Position numbers and translations under genes: made by a program. DNA of 64,000 nucleotides from Nemertoderma westbladi (lineage: Eukaryota; Animalia; Xenacoelomorpha): contig JAUCBJ010006792.1 of NCBI GenBank assembly GCA_032718475.1, positions 1 to 64,000 on the forward strand, given 5' to 3'. Numbering within the stretch: the first letter of the stretch is position 1; each line of letters starts with the position of its first letter. The notes below the pieces were generated by a model. It had not been told where the DNA came from. It saw only the letters and a program-made list of their open reading frames with translations, and ran no database searches. Below are positions 22,240-33,319 of the stretch, piece after piece.

Positions 22240-24645
22240 ACATAGAATTAGGCATATCAAGAAGGTATTTTTTTTAAAGTTTTGTAAATATATATTTCAA
22301 TTTGGAAGCCCGAATATTTTCGGGAAGGTCATTCCAGATTTTGACGCCCTGAAATTTGAAAGAGCGATGAGCGACAATGAGACGGACATTAGGGAGATAG
22401 TAAAGAGCGATGAGCGACAACGAGACGGACATTAGGGAGATAGTAAAGAGCGATGAGCGACAACGAGACAGACATTAGGGAGATAGTAAAGAGCGATGAG
22501 CGACAACGAGATGGACATTAGGGAGATAGTAAAGAGCGATGAGCGACAACGAGACAGACATTAGGGAGATAGTAAAGAGCGATGAGCGACAACGAGACGG
22601 ACATTAGGGAGATAGTAAAGAGCGATGAGCAGCAACGAGATGGACATTAGGGAGGTAGTAAAGAGCGATGAGCAACAACGAGACGGACATTAGGGAGATA
22701 GTAAAGAGCGATGAGCGACAACGAGACAGACATTCGGGAAATAGTAAGAGAGCGATGAGCGACAACGAGACGGACATTAGGGAGATAGTAAAGAGCGATG
22801 AGCGACAACGAGACGGACATTAGGGAGATAGTAAAGAGCGATGAGCGACAATGAGACGGACATTAGGGAGATAGTAAAGAGCGATGACCGACAACGAGAC
22901 GGACATTAGGGAGATAGTAAAGAGCGATGACCGACAACGAGACGGACATTAGGGAGATAGTAAAGAGTGATGAGCGACAACGAGACGGACATTAGGGAGA
23001 TAGTAAAGAGCGATGAGCGACAACGAGACGGACATTAGGGAGATAGTAAAGAGCGATGAGCAACAACGAGATGGACATTAGGGAGGTAGTAAAGAGCGAT
23101 GAGCAACAACGAGACGGACATTAGGGAGATAGTAAAGAGCGATGAGCGACAACGAGACAGACATTCGGGAAATAGTAAAGAGAGCGATGAGCGACAACGA
23201 GACGGACATTAGGGAGATAGTAAAGAGCGATGAGCGACAACGAGACGGACATTAGGGAGATAGTAAAGAGCAATGAGCGACAATGAGACAGACATTAGGG
23301 AGATAGTAAAGAGCGATGAGCGACAACGAGACAGACATTAGGGAGATAGTAAAGAGCGATGAGCGACAACGAGACGGACATTAGGGAGATAGTAAAGAGC
23401 GATGAGCGACAACGAGACGGACATTAGTGAGATAGTAAAGAGCGATGAGCGACAACGAGACAGACATTCGGGAAATAGTAAAGAGCGATGAGCGACAACG
23501 AGACAGACATTAGGGAGATAGTAAAGAGCGATGAGCGACAACGAGACGGACATTAGGGAGATAGTAAAGAGCGATGAGCGACAACGAGACGGACATTAGG
23601 GAGGTAGTAAAGAGCAATGAGCGACAACGAGACAGACATTAGGGAGATAGTAAAGAGCGATGAGCGACAACGAGACAGACATTCTGGAAATAGTAAAGAG
23701 CGATGAGCGAAAACGAGACGGACATTAGGGAGATAGTAAAGAGCGATGAGCAACAACAAGACGGACATTAGGGAGATAGTAAAGAGCGATGAGCAACAAC
23801 GAAACGGACATTAGGGAGATAGTAAAGAGCGATGAGCAACAACGAGACGGACATTAGGGAGATAGTAAAGAGCGATGAGCGACAACGAGATGGACATTAG
23901 GGAGATAGTAAAGAGCGATGAGTGACAACGAGACGGACATTAGGGAGATAGTAAAGAGCGATGAGCGACAACGAGACGGACATTAGGGAGATAGTAAAGA
24001 GCGATGAGCGACAACGAGACGGACATTAGGGAGATAGTAAAGAGCGATGAGCGACAACGAGACGGACATTAGGGAGATAGTAATTTTTCGATGTTGTCAT
24101 GTCGCTCTCGTATTATATGGGTGAATGTCAGAGACCTTTGAAAATAAATTAGAGAGACTTGAATTGCCGGGATTGTTGGATATATCAAACATTACCGTAG
24201 CTACTTGCTGTATGTATAACTTTTCAATTGGTAGAATCCATAGTTCTTTGTAAAGTTGAGTAGCTGAGGATCGGGAGTCGGAAAATATATCTCTTAGTAC
24301 TTTATTAACACACACCTTGAGTGGGTGAATGAAAGAATGATGTGTTACCCCAAACTATAAGAGCATACAAAAGATGTAAGGATGGATTTAGTAAGTAATA
24401 TACTTATCTGCAGTTTGGTCCTATCTATTCCATAATTAGCTTACTAGGCCCTCATGAGTACCAGCAGTTAATGTAAAGTAAAGCATACGCAATATTTGGC
24501 GCAGAAGGACATAACGTAACTTGTAAAATATTCCAATGGATTTTGATATTTTTTTGTGTATATACTATATAGTTAGTGTGTGTTTTCCAAGACATGTCAG
24601 AATCAATCTAAAGCCCTAAGTATTTAGTCATCAGAGTTTCAGAAA
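22240..24645 (-). mobile_element. 3' fragment of a CR1/L2-group LINE ORF2 (LINE A), split by the minisatellite
   Basis: Minus translation KYLGL..DSDMSWK.H...LYKELWILPIEKLY...HPYNTR..NYYLPNVRLVVAHRSFKFQGVKIWNDLPENIR, the typical LINE C-terminal WN.LP motif. Confidence 0.8.
22359..24083. repeat. Minisatellite, 43-bp unit, ~40 copies
   Basis: Unit AGAGCGATGAGCGACAACGAGACGGACATTAGGGAGATAGTAA, starting at 22361, 22404, 22447 and onward. Confidence 0.97.
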
Positions 24646-25061
24646 TAGGTTTAAGATAAGATAAGATAAGATATATTATTCGGAGATAACTCCAGTTAGA
24701 GTAGCGCACAGACAACATTAAAAATCACAATAAAAGGCACAATGTACCGACCAGGACAAAAGTAAAAAGGTTAACACGGTAAACGAGGCGACTGATTCTC
24801 TAGCTTAAGTAAATATCAATTAATATAAAATATGCAACGCATTGCACAAAGTATTTAAATGAAATAAAAATTTACAACGAAACAAGTTACAAATTCCTAT
24901 CAAAATTGCAGTATTTAGTGAGATCGCATTCAATAAGTTTTAGTTTAAATTGCTCCACAGAAATACTGGTAACAATATCATCGGTGAGGTCATTCCAGAT
25001 ATTTACAACTCGATTAAAGAACATATTCGATATTGGGTTAGTAGCACATTTAATGCCTCGA

Positions 25062-25571
25062 CTACTACTACTAGGATCGGCATGCTGCATTGCAGCTGCA
25101 TTTTTAAGAATGCTGTGCCGGCTTGTCAACAAAATTGCACCGCCACAACTCCCTATCACCCATGACATTTGCTAGATCATCCGCATCTTTAAGGCCAGTG
25201 TCCTTTAAGATGCGTCTCAAGAAAGTCATGGGCTCTCCACCATGCTTATTCACTCCATGAGGCTGCCAAAGTACAAGATTATGCACTGGCTGGTCCTCAC
25301 GGCGAAAGCAATGTCCTGCAAAGCGGAGCCGATTTTGTTCTAGTGACAAGCTTGGGGGAACCAATGAAACACCTCCAATGTTATATAGTGTCTGGTTGGA
25401 GATGTGTGCATTGTACTTGACACAATGAACCCGGCGTAGCATTCTTGTGAATGTGCCATCCAGAGATTTGGTGTCCTCAGCAGTTAGAGCCCAGCATGGA
25501 CTCCCGTAGAGGAGTACTGGAACTACTGCTGCTCTAAATAATCGGACCTTAAGTTTCCGATTAATTCTCGG
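25062..25571 (-). mobile_element. 5'-truncated RTE-clade LINE fragment inserted in LINE B
   Basis: KVRLFRAAVVPVLLYGSPCW...RMLRR...RLRFAGHCFR; (TAG)n tail; 8-bp TSD TGCCTCGA at 25054-25061 and 25572-25579. Removing it restores HSYKLRGIKCATN. Confidence 0.9.
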
Positions 25572-26225
25572 TGCCTCGAAGTTTATATGAGTGGCCACGA
25601 GTAATTGAAAGTGATCGCTGGAAGTATTTTTCAGGATCAAGGTTTAAAAGATTATGCATTATTTTATAAGTGTACACCAAATCAATATGGATCCTACGTA
25701 ATTCCAGCGGTTGCAAATTTAAAAATGAAAGCCTATCTACATAACACATGTCACAATCCAACTTACACCGATAGAATAGTCAACGGGTGAAATAACGTTG
25801 AGTCGCTTCAATTTTGTCCGTAAGGCCGAGAAATGGCGCGCCAGAATAAAATGGGTTCCAGACACAGCTAGCGTACTCTAGAATGGGTCTAACAAACGCT
25901 GTATATGCACATAATAATGCCTGAACTTTAGAAGTTAAAAAGCATCGAAATATTTTATTTATAGACCGATAAGCAGAGGATGTAATAGTCATTACATGTT
26001 CTGTAAATTTAAGATCCTTATCCACAATCACTCCAAGATCGCGATACGAATTAACATTTGCAAGTTGCGTATCATTAATTCTATATGATGAAGGCATAGC
26101 TACATTACCAAGGGTGAGGCTTTTACATTTTGTTTCTTCTAAATTCAACTGCCAATCACTAGACCAACTGGAAAAAATATCAAGATTTTTCTGCAGTAAT
26201 ATACGGTTATCAATATTATCAGCAC

Positions 26226-26429
26226 TCAGGGAACTCAGCACCACTCTACCACATATTATCTTGCCCCTCTAACCGGAAATCAATTTCAACGTGGGCGGAA
26301 GAAGAGTAGGAATCTTGTACATTTAAATTTATTTTAATGTATATTTATAATATATTGCTATATATTTTAAGTATATTGTTATTTGCCAATATCACGGCGT
26401 AATTCATTCATTATTTTAATATTACGAAA
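26226..26429. other. 204-bp unidentified insertion in the LINE B RT domain
   Basis: Flanked by AGCAC (26221-26225, 26430-26434). Removing it restores FADDTKIFCADNIDNRILLQ. Confidence 0.7.
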
Positions 26430-27310
26430 AGCACAAAATATCTTGGTATCGTCAGCAAAGAGCCTAGAATTAATACCGGAAAGGTGCGTAGGCATATCAT
26501 TAATGAAAATAATAAATAATAGGGGACCGACACACGAACCCTGTGCTACACCCGATATAACTTTGTAAAAATTAGAAAAGCTTTCACCTATTTTCACTCG
26601 CTGAACACGATCAGTTAAATAGCTGGCAAACCAGCGATGCAAATTACCTGTAATTCCATAACATTTAAGTTTAAGTAACAATTTACTAGGCACAACAGAG
26701 TCAAATGCCTTGGCATAGTCTGTGTATACTACATCAGTAAAACATTTTGCATTAAGGGCAGTTGCCCAATTATAGGTGCAGTCTAAAAGTTGAGTGGTAG
26801 TGCTACGGCCCTTAATAAATCCGTATTGTTCATCTTTTATTAAATTGTTCCTTTTTAAAAAACGCGACATTTCATGAACTATGATTTGAACTAGAGTCCA
26901 GCTCACCAACAGAGTGCCATCGGATCCGATCTGAACCGATCGGATCCAACAGCTTCAAACACTTTCAGACAAACTCCAACAGTCCAACAACTTCAAACAG
27001 ATTGAGACAGTTTCAAACAGATTCAAACAGTTTCAAACAGAATCAGACAACTTCCAACAACCTGTCAATCACTCCACCCACACTCAACCGCAACCCCAAC
27101 TCAACTCCCATCTTCTTGCGCGCAGATAGAATGAAAGCTTTTGAAACTACTAAAGGAACTCCATTCATAAAGCCACAATAACGACAGAGTGGACTGGCCA
27201 CTGGCGGCGCCCTTGAACATTCACACTGTAACTTAAGCTGACCTGAAGGAACAGCCCATTAGGGAGGTCGGTATTTCTCTTTATTCCTGCCGCTATCTTT
27301 GAATAACACA

Positions 27311-28585
27311 TGTAAAAGCTTCTGTGGGATATAACTGGCCCCTTTTGCTTCGCAATCCAGTTTCCCCCCAAGCGCTGGAATACTCTAAAAATGTTCTCTA
27401 ACTGTATATATATTCCCCTCGCCCGCAAGGTACCGTTACAGGTGTTTTAACGGACATAAAAGTCATTCTTCTATATACGTGCTTTAGCGGACATGGTAAG
27501 GCAAAAAACCTGCAATGCACCAAATACCTTTACACGGCTTGGCCTTGATGATTCAGATTGCGACATCTAGCAGCTGGTTGCTGGCATGGAAACAGCCATT
27601 GGACGCATGGTTCTTTGTTTGGCTTGAGCCAATCAGAGCGATTTTTTCTGTCGACGTGTAGATATTCGGCCGATCATACTAGGAGTGTTTAGTCTTACTG
27701 TTTTTCTTGATATAGTTTTGTTGTAGCTATCTAGGCCAGGAACACCGGCTCTAGAGTCAACTCGTTTTCATACTTTAGAAGAAACATTAGTAGGCTTAAA
27801 TTATAGAGCGTATAACTGTTATCTTAACAACTCATATCAATCAGTGCAGTCTTGTCACATCTTGTCATATCATATGTTAACCTACCGTCTTAATGCTTTT
27901 TACTGTTGTTATATTTTGTATTAGTTGGTTGAATATTATTTGGAGAACATTTATAAAGAACCCAAATTTCCCAATTTTCTTGATACACTACAGGTTAGAG
28001 AGACGGGTTATATATAGCGATTGCGACTTATATTATTGTGTATGTAGTGAATTTAATGCTATTTGATAAGCACTACATTGTTCCGTTGCTGTTCTCTTTA
28101 TATATGATAAAAATCATTGACGGTCGGCAAATTAGTGGGCAGTATTGTGTGTTACCGGTAGTGTGCATGATTGTGACTGATAACTAAGCATTTCCTAAAG
28201 AATGCGCCTCATACGTGAATCATAAGCCTTACCGACTTGCCGTTGTGATTAGTATAAGTCATATCTCTGTTTACCTAGATAGAGCGCCACGTCCTAAAGG
28301 AACTGTTAATATTTTCCCGAAAGTAAATAATATTAGTCAGAAATTTATTAACGATCAATCGAATAATACAATACAGTAAGCTTACACTGCAATAATAATC
28401 TAAGCCCTCAGAATCCAGTCTCCCGGGTATATCCAGCGGGTGAATGGACGCGCACTAGGCTGGCTTCTGCTAATGTTGTGTTTATTGGTATTAAATATTT
28501 GTCATCTTCTAAAGTCTATTTATAAACCAAAAGACATATAAATTTTGGCAGGTTAAACTGCTAAAGGTCTTCAAAAGCGCGTACA
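27311..28585 (+). repeat. 5' LTR of copy 3 (1275 bp)
   Basis: TGTAAAAGC...GCGCGTACA, not preceded by a PPT. CCAAT box at ~27629. Confidence 0.9.
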
Positions 28586-28596
28586 ATAACAGTTAT
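28586..28596 (+). promoter_or_regulatory. Non-tRNA primer-binding site candidate of copy 3 (ATAACAGTTAT)
   Basis: Abuts the LTR end; perfect 11-nt complement of ATAACTGTTAT at 27812-27822 inside the LTR. Confidence 0.6.
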
Positions 28597-28652
28597 TGAC
28601 TTTATTGCAGTAAGCAATAAAGTTGAAAGTACCGGTCGACCGGTAAAACCTG

Positions 28653-28779
28653 AACCGGTACTTCTGTAGGTCAGTAGGCCCAACTGCCAGAACCGGTACT
28701 GCTGTAGGTCCGTAGGTCCAACTGCCAGAACCGGTACTTCTGTAGGTCCGTAGGCCCAACTGTCCTAACCGGTACTTCC
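28653..28779 (+). repeat. 38-bp tandem repeat, ~3.3 copies, in the copy 3 leader
   Basis: AACCGGTACT starts at 28653, 28691, 28729 and 28767. Confidence 0.9.
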
Positions 28780-30818
28780 AGTATAAGTCCATTAGTATTA
28801 TTCGATTTGATTATTGCATACCGGTAGGCTGTTTAAGAGATTAGGGACTGTACACCCCATGTTTCTTTTGGAGCTTACTTATTTCTGTCAGTTTTATTTA
28901 CATGTAAGTTAATATTGAGCTGAAGACGTGTAAGTCTGCTCAGATTGTTCAGATAATTGTAGGCCGGACTGTTGTCGGATTGTTGTTGGGTTTGGAGAGA
29001 TTACTGCGTGTGTAGAGTTTGTCCGATAGAGTGCCAGTTAGTAAGTTGGGGCAGCCATAGCTGTAAGGTCAATCCCCTCTTAAAGAATAAGTCGTACTAC
29101 CGTGTTAGAACGCATACTAACTAACCATTTTGGAATCTGCACATACTGTAGTTTATTTAGGCTTGACAGTATTCTGCCAACGTTTTGGCCTGTGTTTGTT
29201 TGTGTAGTCTGTTCAGGTACCGTAATAGTTATTACTCAGATATTTTGTAGGCTGGATTGTTGTCTAGCTATTATTAGGTCTGAAGAGATTGCTGCTTGTG
29301 TAGAGTTTGTCTGATGAAGTGCCAGTTAGTAAGTTGGGGCAGCCATAGCTGTAAGGTCAATCCCCTCTTAAAGAATAAGTCGTACTACCGTGTTAGAACG
29401 CATACTAACTAACCATTTTGGAATCTGCACATACAGTAGTTTATTTAGGCTTGGTGGTAGTCTGCCAGCGTTTTGGTTTGTATTTGTTTGAGTATTCTGT
29501 ACGGGTAGCGTAATATTTATTATTCAGAGTTTAAGCAATTATTCGCAACATTCATGTCCTCAAGTTTATTCCTACAGTAATTGTGCTTGTTACACATACC
29601 GTTATAGTTAAATTAACCCCGGTACTACACGGGCTGCTTGGCGTAGGAAAAGACTGGTGACTTTGTGCTTCGGTCACTCCAGCAGATGCCGTGGTTCTTT
29701 TAACTGTTCAAGTATATTTAACTACTGATTATTTGTTGTACCAGTACTTGTACCTAATTTAGGGTTTAGTGTACAGTGCTTTCCGAGGTAATTAGTGTGT
29801 AGGCAGTATATTTTGTGTTGTAAAGTGGTTAATAGGCACGCTGGATCTGGTAGTCCGCGGTAATTAACTTCTAGGTAGGAACACTCCGTGATACATAACG
29901 TAGTACCTATAGCGATACGGTTATAGGTCGTCAGGCGGTGGTATTTTCCTATCTGGACAACGCAGTGTATTTACTACTACTTATTATTTTAAAATACCGT
30001 AGTACCCTGTCCGTTGTAATAACCAGAAATCTAACCCTTTGTTAGGCTGGTTTGTAGACTTCCTGTAAAATTACCCTAAAAATTCGTACGTAATATTTTT
30101 GTTGTGTTTAATTAGAGATTTAATCTCACCCGTATCGTAAGTAATTTGTAGTATTAAGTAACTTAGGTAAATTAGAATTATCTGTTTTAGTGTCCCATAA
30201 ATAGCACTTTACTGAGAGCGCCCAGCTTCTGTGTAGTGACCCCCAGAAATAATAACATTTATTTCGAATATTGAAAAAACCCATTTTAAACGGGTATATA
30301 AATATTATAAATCAACTCAAACGATTTATAAATAGTAGGCCTGCCATACAACAACTAGGTCTCAATATCAGTTGGACTACTGCTTAAATAACGGTAATAA
30401 AGTAAGTTAAAGTAACCAAGTAACTCTAAAATATTCAGAAATTCAATTATTCTAAAATAATTGACATACCGGTATTTACCATAGGCTTACTATATTTATT
30501 TCTATAAATTTGAGCTGAAATCATACCGGTATTCTGTAATTAATTCTAGTTCATAATTATACTTATATATACTATAAGTGTAAGCTGCATACCGGTATTC
30601 ACGATAGGCCTATTATATATTTATATATATTTGTGCTAAAATTATATACCGGTACTCTGTGACAAACCTAGTTTACAATACTTATATATACTATAAGTGT
30701 ATACCGGTATTCTAATATACTGTAATAAATTACCGGTACTAGGTCAACGGTCATACTGAACTACTAGACTTGCTTTAACTGTAACTATAGCAGTAAGCAT
30801 TCAACTGTATAGCTAAAT

Positions 30819-31363
30819 ATGTCTGACACCCAGCAAAATCTGTCAGACAGTCTAATCGATACAACCATCTGTGACTCAGATAGGAGTTTGGAGCGATTAA
30901 GAAAGGAGTTCAGCTCACCTCCTACTGAAAGAAAGGTCATCCCTCCAGCAGTAGTATCAGACCCTAAGCTAATCCAACACCATAGGTCTATCATCGGCAC
31001 TCGGGCCCAAGTCAAACGGAACCAGGAAGCAGCTGTCCCACAGCAGCAACAGCCTAGTCAAGAAACTTGTTCCCAGCGATCCGATAGCTCCAGTAATTCG
31101 GATACTGTCGAGCTGACCCCGAACGCGGATTGCAGATGGCGGCTAAAGCCTACTCGGACCCCCTTCTCACCCTTCCTGCCGCAGTGCTAACTACTATATT
31201 GATTGCGATGGAGGAACATCAAGCCGATTGGGCGAGAAATAAGCGAGCGACCCAAGATAATTATGCGGGATACGCCAGGGAAGAATAGATGTCTATTGTC
31301 GAGTCACAATGGAACTTTCCCGGACCCGGACTCCCGTTAGATCTGTCCGAGGCTACTTGGTAA
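30819..31363 (+). pseudogene. ORF0 of copy 3 (frameshifted, with deletions)
   Basis: Homologous to 9302-9895; ends FPGPGLPLDLSEATW* with TAA at 31361-31363. Confidence 0.7.
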
Positions 31364-31375
31364 GATACACACAGG

Positions 31376-33319
31376 ATGGGAGTGGCTAAAGATACGATGG
31401 ATCCAGCTGTTTGGAAGAGGTCGGCAGCAGGATATGTGCAGGGATTCTTCGGCTCCTTAGAGCGATTAGAAGAACAACTGTTTCGACAACCCCAAGGACC
31501 TCAAGAGCAGGAAGAACTGCTATACCAAGTACGCGAAAGAACCCTACGCATTCGACTAATCCTATCAGCTTTTGAGGAAACTTCCAAAAGAAGACAGGAC
31601 ACGTTGCTGCAGGTTGCTGTCAAAACTTGGTTCCAGCGGGTAGGTCTCAAAGTACAAGAAACGGACCAGTGGAAATCCCAGCTGTCTGAGAGACTAACCT
31701 ATGAAGAACCAACCGATGCCACCCTTTCTCAAGTGGAAGGCGAAGAGACCGCAGAGAGACCACGAACGAGAGACGCCATAGACATTTATCTGTCCGACTA
31801 TCAGCGATTCCTAGGAGACAAAGAGTTGAGGAGACGGCTGTCTGGACTTTCCCCTAATAGTGAAGGAACCCAGCGTGTGTTAGACTCAATCGATGCTGAA
31901 ATGTTAGCTGCTAACCAAGCTGAATTTGATGAAAAACTCCGCCTCACTAGAGTCCAAGAAGAACAAGTAAAGAAAAGACGGATTGAGGAACGAAAGGCGG
32001 CAGCAGTAGCAGCGGTAATGGCAGAAGCAGAAGTGGACCGAAAGGCAGCAGCAGCGGCAGCGGCAATGGCAGAAGCAGAAGTGGAAAGAAAGACAGCAGC
32101 AGTAGCAGCGGCAATGGCAGAAGCAGAAGTGGAAAGAAAGGCAGCAAAGGCAGTGGCAGAAGCAGAACGGAGAGCGTCTGAGGAGACTACCCAACTGGAG
32201 TTGGAAAATCTGCAAGAGACGCAAGACAACATAAATAAACAGTTAACTGCTAGTCACATGCAGATGATGAGAAAATCTACTCCCAAACGCCAGGGATACA
32301 CATCATCGGAAGAAAGCGAAACCACCGATCCTGAAGGCGGAGGAAATAGATCTCGTCTAAGCAGGCGTAGAAAAACATCTTACCGTCACAAATTGCCTGA
32401 TTTGCCCCCAGCTGTTAGAAGACAACTAGCTAGCACAGACTTGAGTAGTATAGAACCTACAGACCAAATTATTAAGGTCAAAAGACTCCCTACTATAGTT
32501 GATGAGCCTGAAATAATTAGGCCTGTCGTTCCCAAAGTCACTCCTGTGTTAGAGACCCCTGTACTTCCAGAGCTTAACTCTAAATTCCCTTTACACAGTA
32601 CTACACTGCCTGTGCCCGGTAGAACAGTCCATGAGAATATCCCTGTCCTGGAAGCTGAGAGAGAAATCAAAGATTTGTCTCCCGTCGTCCCACATCAGCC
32701 CGCTACAATGTTGGCGACTCCCGCTTCGGCGGTCGAGTGGGTAGAGGAGGGACGGCGGGGGATGAATCTCCTGCTCGGACAGATGCAGGAGACTGTCTAC
32801 CAACTTAAGGGAACAGTAAGGGAAGGTAGGGCAGAATTGCAAGAAGTGCAGCAAAGTATCGCGCTAGAACGCGACAAATTAGTCAATATACAAAATGGTA
32901 TACCAATACCCCCTGTAAAATTGTGTCAACCTGTTAGGTCTGAAGTATTACATGCGCAAGGTGTGGAGCCTACACGCATCTATACTGCTAGTGAAGTAGA
33001 AACTCCTATAGCAAACCCTATTAAGGGTGATTATAGACCTGTTATTAATGATATCCCCTATAGACCTGACAATGATCCGAGAAATTTATATACCGATAAT
33101 TCGATATTAAATAACACGATGGCCCAAGAAAGCTTTACGCGTCAGATGGCTAGAACAGAAGCCCGCCAAGCGGTCAAAGTGGGAGAGATCGTCAAATTCA
33201 ATGGAGATGAGATGAAATGGTTACCTTTCAACGAATATTACAAAGATAGCATACAAAACTCTGTACTATCTAACGGAGAGAAACTTAGGTTCCTCATCGC
33301 TATTGGACATCGTTTTTGA
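31376..33319 (+). CDS. gag: BEL/Pao Gag N-terminal 641 aa, 3'-truncated (last residues come from flanking DNA)
   Basis: Open ORF with a coiled coil carrying 3 x 16-aa Ala-rich repeats, then the start of the DUF1759-like domain. Confidence 0.85.
   Translation: MGVAKDTMDPAVWKRSAAGYVQGFFGSLERLEEQLFRQPQGPQEQEELLYQVRERTLRIRLILSAFEETSKRRQDTLLQVAVKTWFQRVGLKVQETDQWKSQLSERLTYEEPTDATLSQVEGEETAERPRTRDAIDIYLSDYQRFLGDKELRRRLSGLSPNSEGTQRVLDSIDAEMLAANQAEFDEKLRLTRVQEEQVKKRRIEERKAAAVAAVMAEAEVDRKAAAAAAAMAEAEVERKTAAVAAAMAEAEVERKAAKAVAEAERRASEETTQLELENLQETQDNINKQLTASHMQMMRKSTPKRQGYTSSEESETTDPEGGGNRSRLSRRRKTSYRHKLPDLPPAVRRQLASTDLSSIEPTDQIIKVKRLPTIVDEPEIIRPVVPKVTPVLETPVLPELNSKFPLHSTTLPVPGRTVHENIPVLEAEREIKDLSPVVPHQPATMLATPASAVEWVEEGRRGMNLLLGQMQETVYQLKGTVREGRAELQEVQQSIALERDKLVNIQNGIPIPPVKLCQPVRSEVLHAQGVEPTRIYTASEVETPIANPIKGDYRPVINDIPYRPDNDPRNLYTDNSILNNTMAQESFTRQMARTEARQAVKVGEIVKFNGDEMKWLPFNEYYKDSIQNSVLSNGEKLRFLIAIGHRF

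Larger units (their letters stand above)
24651..26885 (-). mobile_element. 5'-truncated CR1-like LINE (LINE B): RT domain to 3' UTR with (CTTAT)n tail; interrupted twice
   Basis: QYGFIKGRSTTTQLL, DYAKAFDSV, SGVAQGSCVGPLLF, LFADDTK, RDLGVIVD, VRPILEY, LELRRIHIDL, TRGHSYKL, FFNRVVNIWNDL. Tail (TAAGA)n at 24652-24671 on +. Confidence 0.9.
27311..33299 (+). mobile_element. BEL/Pao copy 3: 5' LTR - 5' UTR - ORF0 - gag, truncated by the Helentron array
   Basis: Collinear with the reverse complement of 7435-13250. Homology ends at TTCCTCATCG (33299). Confidence 0.92.

Noticed and set aside
22359-24083. CRISPR-like array
   Set aside because: Contiguous tandem units with no unique spacers, no cas genes, and derived from LINE sequence in eukaryotic DNA.
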